A stretch of DNA of 28,837 nucleotides, from the IMG/VR virus record IMGVR_UViG_3300025124_000032, positions 1 through 28,837 of that record; one strand, written 5' to 3'. This document shows, one piece after another, positions 1 to 7,926 of this stretch; positions within the stretch are counted from its first letter, which is position 1; every line of letters begins with the position of its first letter. Made by a program: the position numbers and the translations under genes. The notes under the pieces are model-generated. The model did no database searches and had not been told where the DNA came from. It was given only the letters and a program-made list of their open reading frames with translations. Source of the stretch: a virus. Taxonomy: Duplodnaviria > Caudoviricetes.

Positions 1-173
1 CTAGACTTTACAGCCCCTTTTGCAGGTCTTATATAAGGGCGTTATCTAAATATACATAAAATATAAAAAGGAAAATTTCAAAATTTTTACTCAAAAACGC
101 TTTTCTTGATAGCAAGAAGGGCGATTTTTTTGTTTTAAGCTGCTGACATACAACGGAAACAAAAAATACATAA

Positions 174-239
174 TTTGTATTAGTCTTGTATTTTACTTGT
201 ATTTGATTGGTAGTTAAATGGTAGTGGGTTTGTATTGAA
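174..239. repeat. Six degenerate 11-bp phased repeats nT(T/G)GTA(T/G)Tnnn near the prophage left end
   Basis: GTA cores at 177, 188, 199, 210, 221 and 232, exactly 11 bp apart. Confidence 0.8.
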
Positions 240-286
240 CTACGATTTACCTTTGTCGTCTTTTCCCTAATAAGGATTTACCCAAA

Positions 287-760
287 CTACCCAGTTTGTC
301 TAATATTATCAGCCTCATTTCGCTCATTTTCGCTACTCTCGTGTACTTTTAGTTGTTTTTCAAGCATAGACACCATTTTTTCTTTGTCGTTTATTCTTGC
401 CCTTAATTCCTTTATTAGCTCCTCCTTTTCCACTAACAAGCCCTCCAACCTAGCTACTTCATTTTGACACGAATGTAAGGCATTTGTACCCTCAATGTTG
501 CCTAATTTGTTGCTTATTACCTTGCTTATTATTGGTTCATTATCTTGTGCAATATTCTGCATATTAGAAAATATTATATCTTCAAGAGATACGTTAAAAT
601 GTTTAGCAATACTAATAGCTATATCTATAGGAGGAAACCCTTTGTTTCGCTCATAAGCAGATAACGTACTAGCAGAAATACCCACTTCTGTAGCTAAATC
701 TCTCAATGGTTGTTTGTCTCTAAGGGTTTTTAGGTTAAGCCCAAAATTAATATATTTCAA
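287..760 (-). CDS. XRE/CI-like HTH phage repressor with C-terminal coiled coil
   Basis: FGLNLKTLR...LATEVGISASTLSAYERNKGFPPIDIAISIAKHFNVSLEDI is an HTH_3-like motif; divergent from the ner-like gene. The ORF-track start at 874 runs across the promoter; TTG at 760 is the more likely start. Confidence 0.85.
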   Translation of the reverse strand: MKYINFGLNLKTLRDKQPLRDLATEVGISASTLSAYERNKGFPPIDIAISIAKHFNVSLEDIIFSNMQNIAQDNEPIISKVISNKLGNIEGTNALHSCQNEVARLEGLLVEKEELIKELRARINDKEKMVSMLEKQLKVHESSENERNEADNIRQTG

Positions 761-790
761 GGTGTAATTATTTAGAATTATTATAAATAA

Positions 791-831
791 CGAAATATAT
801 TTGCACGTGCGAAATATTTTACGTACCTTTG
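791..831 (+). promoter_or_regulatory. Early rightward promoter (Bacteroidota sigma-A type) overlapped by a palindromic operator
   Basis: TTTG (800-803) - 20 nt - TACCTTTG (824-831) matches the TTTG/TAnnTTTG consensus; imperfect palindrome AAATAT-A-TTTGCACGTGCGAA-ATATTT and direct repeat CGAAATAT (791, 810) cover the -33 box. Confidence 0.75.
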
Positions 832-882
832 AAACATACTTAAATAGTATATCACAGTAAGACACCATAAACATTACAATTT

Positions 883-1092
883 ATGAGCAAACGGAAACAA
901 GATGTTCCTACTTACTATCAGGTATCAAAGGTAATTGGTTATTCCGAGCAGTACATAAAAGAAATTATGGCTGGTCGGAAGGTTAGTACGCTCAGTAAGA
1001 AAAAAATTGAGCGTGTCCGAGAAGACTATGCCGAGAACGTGAAGGAAATGGAGGAACGGCTAAAAGAAAAATGGAGCAAAACAGGCAAATGA
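883..1092 (+). CDS. Ner/Cro-like small DNA-binding protein
   Basis: 69-aa basic protein with HTH-like YYQVSKVIGYSEQYIKEIMAG; first gene after the early promoter, divergent from the repressor. Confidence 0.7.
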   Translation: MSKRKQDVPTYYQVSKVIGYSEQYIKEIMAGRKVSTLSKKKIERVREDYAENVKEMEERLKEKWSKTGK

Positions 1093-1250
1093 GCCTTGTA
1101 GCTTTAAGATTTGAAGTATTCATAAAAGTATAATTTAAAGGATTTATTTCTTCAAATGTACGGAATACTTTATAAATAGTTCTTTGAAATGAAGGTTAAT
1201 CTAAAGGATAGGATAGAAAATGCTATTTGATTTTGTCAGATAGGATTTTT

Positions 1251-1293
1251 AGCCAGTACGGTATTCGTTAGGGTTCGACTCCCTAACTGGCTC
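1251..1293 (+). ncRNA. tRNA-like minihelix 1 (acceptor-like stem + T-arm; no D or anticodon arm)
   Basis: AGCCAG(T) - ACGGTATTCG - (T)TAGGG TTCGACT CCCTA - (A)CTGGCT: 12-bp coaxial helix capped by a canonical 7-nt T-loop. Confidence 0.65.
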
Positions 1294-1327
1294 TGATTTA
1301 CTTTAAACGTAAATTTGTTTGATACCC

Positions 1328-1361
1328 AAAACGCTATTTGACTTTGTGAAATAGCGTTTTT
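1328..1361 (+). terminator. Intrinsic terminator-like hairpin in the early leader
   Basis: AAAACGCTATTT-9 nt-AAATAGCGTTTTT; a degenerate sister copy lies at 1217-1250. Confidence 0.7.
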
Positions 1362-1402
1362 ATTTACTTATCAATCATTTTATAACGATTTCAAAATATT
1401 CA

Positions 1403-1437
1403 TAACGAACGGTTCGCTTGAAGCGAACCGTTCGTTA
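1403..1437. repeat. Palindrome family A, copy 1
   Basis: TAACGAACGGTTCGCTT-G-AAGCGAACCGTTCGTTA, perfect 17-bp arms. Confidence 0.9.
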
Positions 1438-1466
1438 AATTTTAAAACCCTTTTAAACCCTATTTA

Positions 1467-1574
1467 TTATATGGATTTTAAATTTTCTACTACTTTATCA
1501 GCAGATTTAAGCAAGGCTCTGCCGAGGAGCATATTATTTTTTTCAGTAGAATTAACACGATAATTTACTCTCAT
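1467..1574 (-). CDS. Possible 35-aa antisense small protein (MRVNYRVNSTEKNNMLLGRALLKSADKVVENLKSI)
   Basis: Hand-translated; AT-rich leader and a -7-like TATATTTAG on the minus strand at ~1616-1624. Confidence 0.3.
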   Translation of the reverse strand: MRVNYRVNSTEKNNMLLGRALLKSADKVVENLKSI

Positions 1575-1632
1575 TACTATAAAAATTTAGGTATTACAAA
1601 GTGGAATTTGGCAGCCTAAATATAGTAAAAAA

Positions 1633-1674
1633 AGCGTGAACGGTTCTTTTAGGGTTCGATTCCCTAACACGCTC
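1633..1674 (+). ncRNA. tRNA-like minihelix 2
   Basis: AGCGTG - AACGGTTCTT - TTAGGG TTCGATT CCCTAA - CACGCT; same architecture as copy 1 with compensatory changes in the outer stem. Confidence 0.65.
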
Positions 1675-1692
1675 AATTCATTTCAAAAAACA

Positions 1693-1727
1693 TAACGAAC
1701 GGTTCGCTTCAAGCGAACCGTTCGTTA
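1693..1727. repeat. Palindrome family A, copy 2
   Basis: TAACGAACGGTTCGCTT-C-AAGCGAACCGTTCGTTA. Confidence 0.9.
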
Positions 1728-1750
1728 ATAATTAATAATCCTCTTACTTT

Positions 1751-3772
1751 ATGGACTATAACGACAATGTACAACTCGTACAAGGGCGTTTGTCCGTTTC
1801 ATACACTTTTTTAGAACAATTTTATTCAGATGCTACGATTGTTCCTAATGTTTCAAAGGGAGCTTGGGAATCATCAAATAAAGGTTGGGTATTTTGGGAA
1901 AGTGTATTAAAGGCAAACGAACGTATCAAACGGAAAGACTACAAAAAAGACTTACCGAGTTATTCCGAATTAGAACTATCCTACAATAAAGCTCAAACGA
2001 GTAAATTACCTCAATACTTCGGTTTTTATGAAAAGCTAACGGATTTAGAATACTTTACAATAAAGTATGATGCTCAGTTAGCCGTTTGTTTGAAACGAGC
2101 TGCTAGTGTTTTACGCTTTTTGATGCAAATCAAAGGTAAAAAAGATGCTAGAAAGCTCGGTTTTGAGAGTAAAAAAGCCGTTTATTTGGCAGTTTTAGAC
2201 TACCTAAAAGACAATCAAAACACCATAAAAGGCATTGGAAACGGCACAAATCTTAGGTATTTGCAGCAAAAAGTAACTCTTTTTAAGGAAAAAGGAACGG
2301 AATCTATTACTTGGGAAGTGGCTGGTAATCAAAACAGACGCAAAGTAAAAGGAACAACCGAAAAAGTTCTTTCTTATTTGGCATTTAATGAGTTCAATCG
2401 CATTCCACAGGCTGCACAATTAGAGCGAGTTTATAATAAATTCATTCGTAAAGGTAGGCAGCTTGTCAATGAAATAACTGGCGAGGTCTATTCGGCTTCG
2501 GATTGTGCTGAAGTTTCACACGATGCAATTTATGATTTTATCAAAAAGAATGCTGATGTTCGTTTAGCTTTAGAGTATTATTACTTAGAAGCAAAGACAT
2601 TTCAAGACAGAAACTTGCCTTTTGTGCATCGTAATCAACCTACTTTTTCGCTTTCCAAACTGACAATGGACGATAAAAGCATTCGTTTTAAAGCCAAAGG
2701 TGGTATGAATGTTTGGGTTTATTTTGTCTTTGATATGTATTCGGGAGCTATTATTTCTAGTCCTTTTGGAGTGGATAAATACGTAAAAGAAGATGGCAAA
2801 CGAGTAAAAAAGGACGGAAAGACATTGAAGTTAGTCAAAAGAGCTATACTTGGTGTCTTTGAATACTTGCACAAAGAAGGGTATCAAGGAATTGTTCCTT
2901 GGGAGATTGAAAGTGAGGTTCACTTAGCAAAATCTTTAAATGATAGTTCATTAAAAGAAGAAGAAATTTTTCCTTTTGTGCGTTTTTGTAAGCCACGCAA
3001 TCCACAGGAAAAAAAAGCTGAGAATTTTATCAAGCAATATAAATACGAAGAGGAGCTGCATGATGTGGGTGGACTAGCAAGACCGTTTTTGAAACGATTA
3101 GAGAACGTTTTGAATACAGAAGACACAAAAATTGAGTTTACTCAACAGGAAATAATGGACAAAACAACGGCTTGTATTGATAGATACAACAATGAGCCAC
3201 AAAAAAAGTACGGTGGAAAAAGCCGTATGCAGCGTTTTAAAGAAGGTATTCAGATTGACAAAATGGAAACATTGAGTTATCAAAATCTAGCTTATTACTT
3301 GGGAGAAACGCTAAAAGAACCTGTTCAGATTTATAGAAAGCAATACGTACAGGCTTTTGCAGATGAATGGGAGCTGCCACCTTTGGATAAGTGGTTTGAA
3401 CAAACGGATGCTTCCAATAAAGTAAATGTTTATCATCTGCCTTTTGTGGAGGATAAAATTTGGATTTATCAAGGCAGTAAGCTGATTTGTGAAGCTGATA
3501 GATTTACCGAAGAACGCAAAGTAGCTGCAGCTCGTGCAGAAGCAGGAGAAAATCAAGGTAGAAACTTAGGTAGAATGAAACACGCTAGGGACGTTGTGGA
3601 AAACAAAGCTAAGAAATTAGTGGAGGAGTTTACGATCCCAAAAGTGAGTTATGTCCAAACGAACGGTTCGCTTAAAGCGAACGGTTCGGTAAAAGCAACA
3701 GGACTCTATGCACCCGATGAGCAAGATGATGACGATAATTTCACAATGGAAATTATAGACATTGCTTCTTAA
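1751..3772 (+). CDS. Mu A-like DDE transposase/integrase
   Basis: 673 aa; RNase H-fold motifs LTMDD...VYFVFDMYSGAII...EIESE...NPQEKKAENF; directly upstream of an AAA ATPase. Confidence 0.9.
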   Translation: MDYNDNVQLVQGRLSVSYTFLEQFYSDATIVPNVSKGAWESSNKGWVFWESVLKANERIKRKDYKKDLPSYSELELSYNKAQTSKLPQYFGFYEKLTDLEYFTIKYDAQLAVCLKRAASVLRFLMQIKGKKDARKLGFESKKAVYLAVLDYLKDNQNTIKGIGNGTNLRYLQQKVTLFKEKGTESITWEVAGNQNRRKVKGTTEKVLSYLAFNEFNRIPQAAQLERVYNKFIRKGRQLVNEITGEVYSASDCAEVSHDAIYDFIKKNADVRLALEYYYLEAKTFQDRNLPFVHRNQPTFSLSKLTMDDKSIRFKAKGGMNVWVYFVFDMYSGAIISSPFGVDKYVKEDGKRVKKDGKTLKLVKRAILGVFEYLHKEGYQGIVPWEIESEVHLAKSLNDSSLKEEEIFPFVRFCKPRNPQEKKAENFIKQYKYEEELHDVGGLARPFLKRLENVLNTEDTKIEFTQQEIMDKTTACIDRYNNEPQKKYGGKSRMQRFKEGIQIDKMETLSYQNLAYYLGETLKEPVQIYRKQYVQAFADEWELPPLDKWFEQTDASNKVNVYHLPFVEDKIWIYQGSKLICEADRFTEERKVAAARAEAGENQGRNLGRMKHARDVVENKAKKLVEEFTIPKVSYVQTNGSLKANGSVKATGLYAPDEQDDDDNFTMEIIDIAS

Positions 3773-3845
3773 ACGAACGGTTTTAAACGAACGGTTCGCT
3801 TTGAGCGATTTAAACGAACGGTTCGCTTTGAGCGAACCGTTCGGT
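3770..3845. repeat. Palindrome family A, stuttered cluster of three progressively longer copies
   Basis: TAAACGAACGGTTT / TAAACGAACGGTTCGCTTTGAGCGATT / TAAACGAACGGTTCGCTTTGAGCGAACCGTTCGGT. Confidence 0.85.
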
Positions 3846-3885
3846 AAAAAAAAAGCCTCACTATGACGATAGGGAAGGCTTTTTT
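3846..3885 (+). terminator. Intrinsic terminator-like hairpin between transposase and ATPase
   Basis: A9-GCCT...CTAT GACG ATAG...AGGC-T6 (imperfect stem). Confidence 0.55.
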
Positions 3886-3929
3886 AGTGTTCAATTTTCA
3901 AATCAATAAAAAATAAACAGTACAAAAAT

Positions 3930-4817
3930 ATGACAACAGAATTTAAAAACCAAATCGTAGAAGAACTTAATGACAGGATTAAATATATTAGCCAAAATAA
4001 ACTCGCTGTAAAATTAGGAGTTAATGCAGGTTACTTGTCAGATATAAGAGCAGGGAATTGGAAAAAAATAAGTGATGACTACTGGCGTAAGCTAGAGGCT
4101 GCTTTGGCTAACACTTCTTTTACTAAAGACTGGCAGTTGTTCGGTTCGGTATCACTTACGACAATTCAGAATCTTTGTAAAGATGCTCAAAACAATCATC
4201 GTTTTTTGGCAGGTTATGGAGCTACTGGTTCAGGAAAAACAACGGCTTTGCGTACCTACTCCAATCAAAATGCAAATGTAGGCTATGTTTTGTGTGATGT
4301 TTTGATGAATCAAAATCAATTTTTGAGTGAGATTTTACAAAGTTTTGGATTGTCCACGGAAGGAACAAAGATTAGTAAGATTCAGAAAATAGCTAATCAT
4401 TTGAATAAAGTAGAAAATCCACTTTTGATTCTTGATGATTTTGGAAAAGTAAGTGATAGTATTTATCAGCTTTTGCAGCTCATTTATGACAGAACGGAAG
4501 GCAGCGCAGGAATCGTAATCTTTGGAGTCGAATATTTGAAGGATTATTTAGACAAAATGCGCCAAAAAAACAAACTCGGTTTTAGAGAATTGTATCGCAG
4601 AATCGCTTACTGGCAGCTTATCAATACTATTTCTGATAAGGAAATTAAATTTATTGCTAGTCAGTACGGCATTGATGGAAAACAAGAATTGCACTTTGTG
4701 AAAAGCAATGTTACTTGTTTTGGTACACTTAAAAACCTTGTCTTGAATGCCTTACGAGCAGCCAAAGGCGAGAAAATTACTTTAGAAATACTTCAATCTT
4801 TAAATATTTCCAACTGA
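3930..4817 (+). CDS. Mu B-like AAA+ transposition ATPase with N-terminal HTH
   Basis: SQNKLAVKLGVNAGYLS HTH; Walker A GATGSGKT; Walker B LLILDD; ELYRRI arginine finger. Confidence 0.92.
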   Translation: MTTEFKNQIVEELNDRIKYISQNKLAVKLGVNAGYLSDIRAGNWKKISDDYWRKLEAALANTSFTKDWQLFGSVSLTTIQNLCKDAQNNHRFLAGYGATGSGKTTALRTYSNQNANVGYVLCDVLMNQNQFLSEILQSFGLSTEGTKISKIQKIANHLNKVENPLLILDDFGKVSDSIYQLLQLIYDRTEGSAGIVIFGVEYLKDYLDKMRQKNKLGFRELYRRIAYWQLINTISDKEIKFIASQYGIDGKQELHFVKSNVTCFGTLKNLVLNALRAAKGEKITLEILQSLNISN

Positions 4818-4818
4818 T

Positions 4819-5289
4819 ATGAAAACTAAAAATTTGACAATCGAACAGCGTGTAGAATTGGTTTATTATATGGCTGGTTATGAAGATTCTACTTTCTATA
4901 AATTCTATCATCACGCTATGGATATGTTTCTGAAAGACAAAGGTTTCACTCCCCATCAACGAGAGAAAATAAAAAAACTGAATGTTTTTAAGGGATGGTT
5001 CAAGAAGCAATTTGAGAAACGAGATGAATATATCATCAATGATATGCTTGTTTTAGATATTGATAGTAATGATTTTAAGTTTGCAGAAGAAGACTATAAT
5101 TATTACTTCTATAATCTATTTGAATTTAAAATCTATTACGAATATCTCCATTACGATTTTAAAAAATATGATTTTTTTCCTTTCTCTTTTGATTTTGTAG
5201 AGGCTACTAAAAAGCAAGTCGGAAAATCATTTGTATATCAAAACGCCTATTATCAAGAAAAATTAGAGTTCTTTTTTCATTATTCATAA
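4819..5289 (+). CDS. Hypothetical early protein
   Basis: 156-aa ORF starting 1 nt after the ATPase stop. Confidence 0.7.
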   Translation: MKTKNLTIEQRVELVYYMAGYEDSTFYKFYHHAMDMFLKDKGFTPHQREKIKKLNVFKGWFKKQFEKRDEYIINDMLVLDIDSNDFKFAEEDYNYYFYNLFEFKIYYEYLHYDFKKYDFFPFSFDFVEATKKQVGKSFVYQNAYYQEKLEFFFHYS

Positions 5290-5298
5290 TAAATCAAC

Positions 5299-5332
5299 AA
5301 TCTTATAAGGTTTTTGAAAACCTTATAGGATT
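5299..5332. repeat. Palindrome family C, copy 1
   Basis: AATCTTATAAGGTTTT-TG-AAAACCTTATAGGATT; related copy at 21342-21374. Confidence 0.75.
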
Positions 5333-5371
5333 TATTTTAAAATCAATTTTCACTTATTTTTAATTACAACT

Positions 5372-5898
5372 ATGAAAGCAACAGCAGTAAACAAGGCAGA
5401 AGTAAAATTAGTGTATAACCGTACCGAAGCCGAACAACGCTTGGCGAGTTATGCAAAACTAGAGGCAGAACACAAACTGCATACCGAAAATCTAAACATT
5501 ATGATAAAAGAACTTCAAACAAAAGTGTCAGATATTTTGGAGGATTTGAACGCAAGAATGGAAGCCGAAAAGGAGTATTTAAAAACTTTTTGTGAGAAAA
5601 ACGGCAATCAAAAATCAGTTTTTGATAGTTTGGGTGAGTTTGGTTATCGTAAAAATCCTCTCTCTATTGCTTTTAAAAACAAGCTAAAAGACAAAGATGT
5701 GATTGAGCGTTTTGTTACGAATTTAGAATCACAATAGCTGACAAAGTAGTCAAGACAACGCAAAAGGTAGATAAGACACAACTCAAAAAACTGTTTGAAT
5801 TGGAGATTGTAAGTCTTGATACACTTGATAAATGTGGTATTGTAGTCAAGAATGACGAATACAAGTTTTTTGTCAAGCCGTATGATGTACAGGGTTAA
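5372..5898 (+). pseudogene. gam: Gam-like host-nuclease inhibitor, split by a -1 frameshift near 5707-5734
   Basis: Frame 0: coiled coil then KSVFDSLGEFGYRKNP, stops at TAG 5735; -1 frame continues IADKVVKTTQKVDKTQLKK...CGIVVKNDEYKFFVKPYDVQG* (5898), resembling the Gam C-terminus; joined length 175 aa. Confidence 0.8.
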
Positions 5899-5928
5899 AA
5901 TCCTGTTCAATTTATATTTATTTATCTC

Positions 5929-5968
5929 AAAAAAGCCTATTAAATATTGTTTTAGTAGGCTTTTTTTT
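5929..5968 (+). terminator. Intrinsic terminator after gam
   Basis: AAAAAAGCCTATTAAA-TATTGT-TTTAGTAGGCTTTTTTTT. Confidence 0.75.
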
Positions 5969-5982
5969 AATCTGATTTTCTT

Positions 5983-6384
5983 ATGAAAATAAAAATCAAT
6001 GAAGATAGAAGCAAAGTAACGGTTTCAGAACTTTCTGATATTGACTGGCTCATTATTCAAAAGCAACTCAAAACGGCTTTTGACTATGAATGTGAATTAC
6101 TAGATTATCATAGTATCGGAATTTTAGAATTACAAACTCTTTACAAAGACAAATTTAGTAATGAATTTGGCAAGATGGATTCTTTCAAAATGACTTTGCC
6201 ACAGGCTATGGCATTTGTTATGATAATTCCTTTTTTTTCGGCAAATGAGTATCAAATCGGACTTATTTCAGATTTGAAATACAAGTTATTTGAACGCTTA
6301 GGGCAGTTTTTATCAATCCCAACTGACCCTAAAAAGTTGGTTTTGTTGGAAAGTCAGAAGCCATTTTTACGAATTGAACAGTAA
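5983..6384 (+). CDS. Hypothetical protein
   Basis: 133-aa ORF in the semi-essential region, co-oriented with neighbours. Confidence 0.65.
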   Translation: MKIKINEDRSKVTVSELSDIDWLIIQKQLKTAFDYECELLDYHSIGILELQTLYKDKFSNEFGKMDSFKMTLPQAMAFVMIIPFFSANEYQIGLISDLKYKLFERLGQFLSIPTDPKKLVLLESQKPFLRIEQ

Positions 6385-6422
6385 ATTTTAAATCAATTAT
6401 CAAATCAATAAATTTTAAAACT

Positions 6423-6653
6423 ATGATTTATCTGCATAAAAACTTGCGCTTTTTGCGTGAAAAATACGACTATAAACTAGAATGGATAGCGTACAAAGTA
6501 AATGTTTCGTATTCTACGATTAGTAATTATGAATCTCTTAAATCACAACCCAAACTTATTACGCTAATTCTTTTGGCAGAACTTTATAAAGTTACGGTTG
6601 ATGATTTGTTGAAAAAAGATTTATCTCACACTCTAAATCAAAAAAGCTCATGA
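6423..6653 (+). CDS. XRE-family HTH regulator
   Basis: LHKNLRFLREK...VNVSYSTISNYESLKSQPKLITLILLAELYKVTVDDLL. Confidence 0.9.
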   Translation: MIYLHKNLRFLREKYDYKLEWIAYKVNVSYSTISNYESLKSQPKLITLILLAELYKVTVDDLLKKDLSHTLNQKSS

Positions 6654-7189
6654 ACAGTCCAAACAACACCCAAATACGAATTTTTAATTCAATCCTAAAC
6701 CGTAAAAATTTACGAGAACATAAAGCTGATATTGTTTTGCAGTACACAGACGGCAGAACAACCAGCACAAAGTATATGACAAGTGAAGAAATACAGAAGT
6801 TTATTGATACTCATAATCACAGCCGTGTAAAGACGCACAGCCGTGCATCTGTACTTGACTATGAGCAGGGCGAAGAAGAAAGGCAATGCAACAGAATGCG
6901 TCGAAAGATTATAGCGATTTGTCGTGAAGCTTTTGATATGAATACAAAAGCTGGTAAAGCTGATATGTATCGGATTTACAAATGTGTAGAGAAATTAGGC
7001 TATTTGAATAAAGGCTTAAATTCATATACCTACAAAGAGCTGACCGTACTCGTTACACAATTTGAGAGAATTGGGGAAAGCACATTGAAAGCAAAGGCAA
7101 AAAAGAACAGGAAGGATTGGAAAGTTTCTGTTTTTGATGACGATGGAAATGAGATTGAATTTGATGTTACGGAATTTATGAATAAATAG
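6650..7189 (+). CDS. GemA-like (Mu gp16/DUF1018-like) protein
   Basis: YTDGRTTSTKYMT...RMRRKII...LNSYTYKELTVLVTQFE pattern; ATGA overlap with the previous gene; carries an in-frame family B palindrome at 6818-6854. Confidence 0.6.
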   Translation: MNSPNNTQIRIFNSILNRKNLREHKADIVLQYTDGRTTSTKYMTSEEIQKFIDTHNHSRVKTHSRASVLDYEQGEEERQCNRMRRKIIAICREAFDMNTKAGKADMYRIYKCVEKLGYLNKGLNSYTYKELTVLVTQFERIGESTLKAKAKKNRKDWKVSVFDDDGNEIEFDVTEFMNK

Positions 7190-7218
7190 CCTTTAAAACC
7201 CTTTTAAAATACGTTTAA

Positions 7219-7926
7219 ATGAATACACTACATTATGACATCAAAGGGAAATTTGATGAATCTGAACGCCAAAGAAAACTATTTTCTATATCTGTTTGTG
7301 GCGATGATATTACAAGTTTTGAAATGGTATCTAAAACGCCTTGCGATTTGGGTGATTTAAAACAAGTATTGGATTACTTAGATAATTCTAAGTTCTTCTA
7401 TCTTATGAATAGAGGTAGAAAATCAAACGAAGAACCATTGAAAGACTTTCACATCGGAGGTAATTACAGAATGGTTTTGAGTAAAAAACAACCGAATACA
7501 GAAGAAAGTATAAACAGGCAAAATAATATCATTCTTTGGAAAATTATTTATAAAGAATATATGAATGCCGAAGCGTTTATTTCTGATAAGGAGGTTCGTT
7601 TGTTGGGAAGTAGAAAGTACACAGAAAAAGAAATGAGAGGTTTTTTTGAGTGTGATTTGTATTTTGCAAAAGGACTTGAAACGGTTACTTCTTTTGTAAA
7701 TAACTTTTCTGCTGTTGTGAACTACATTAATAGCAACCATATCAAAGGAGCAACGAGTGAGCCTGTGCAATCAAAGTACCCGAATCGTTGGGATTATGAT
7801 TTTGAACAAACTTTGCAACCTTCCGAAATGCCTAAATATTGGGAACATTTACGAAATTTAGGCTTACAAGCTGTAAAAAATCGTTTTGGTAAAACTTCAC
7901 ATTGGGAAAAAGTAGAAAGAATATGA
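7219..7926 (+). CDS. Hypothetical protein
   Basis: 235-aa ORF, co-oriented. Confidence 0.75.
   Translation: MNTLHYDIKGKFDESERQRKLFSISVCGDDITSFEMVSKTPCDLGDLKQVLDYLDNSKFFYLMNRGRKSNEEPLKDFHIGGNYRMVLSKKQPNTEESINRQNNIILWKIIYKEYMNAEAFISDKEVRLLGSRKYTEKEMRGFFECDLYFAKGLETVTSFVNNFSAVVNYINSNHIKGATSEPVQSKYPNRWDYDFEQTLQPSEMPKYWEHLRNLGLQAVKNRFGKTSHWEKVERI

Noticed and set aside
1-170. Exact prophage left terminus (5'-TG) and target duplication
   Set aside because: Several TG candidates and no right end available for comparison; cannot be assigned
1251-1674. Calling the GGTTCGAYTCC elements tRNA genes or att-site tRNA remnants
   Set aside because: Only ~42 nt each, no D or anticodon arm, no CCA; both strands of the outer stem are present around a short connector, unlike 3' tRNA fragments at att sites, and the phage integrates by transposition
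5707-5737. Programmed frameshift in gam
   Set aside because: No canonical X_XXY_YYZ heptamer in the overlap window; a simple indel is more parsimonious
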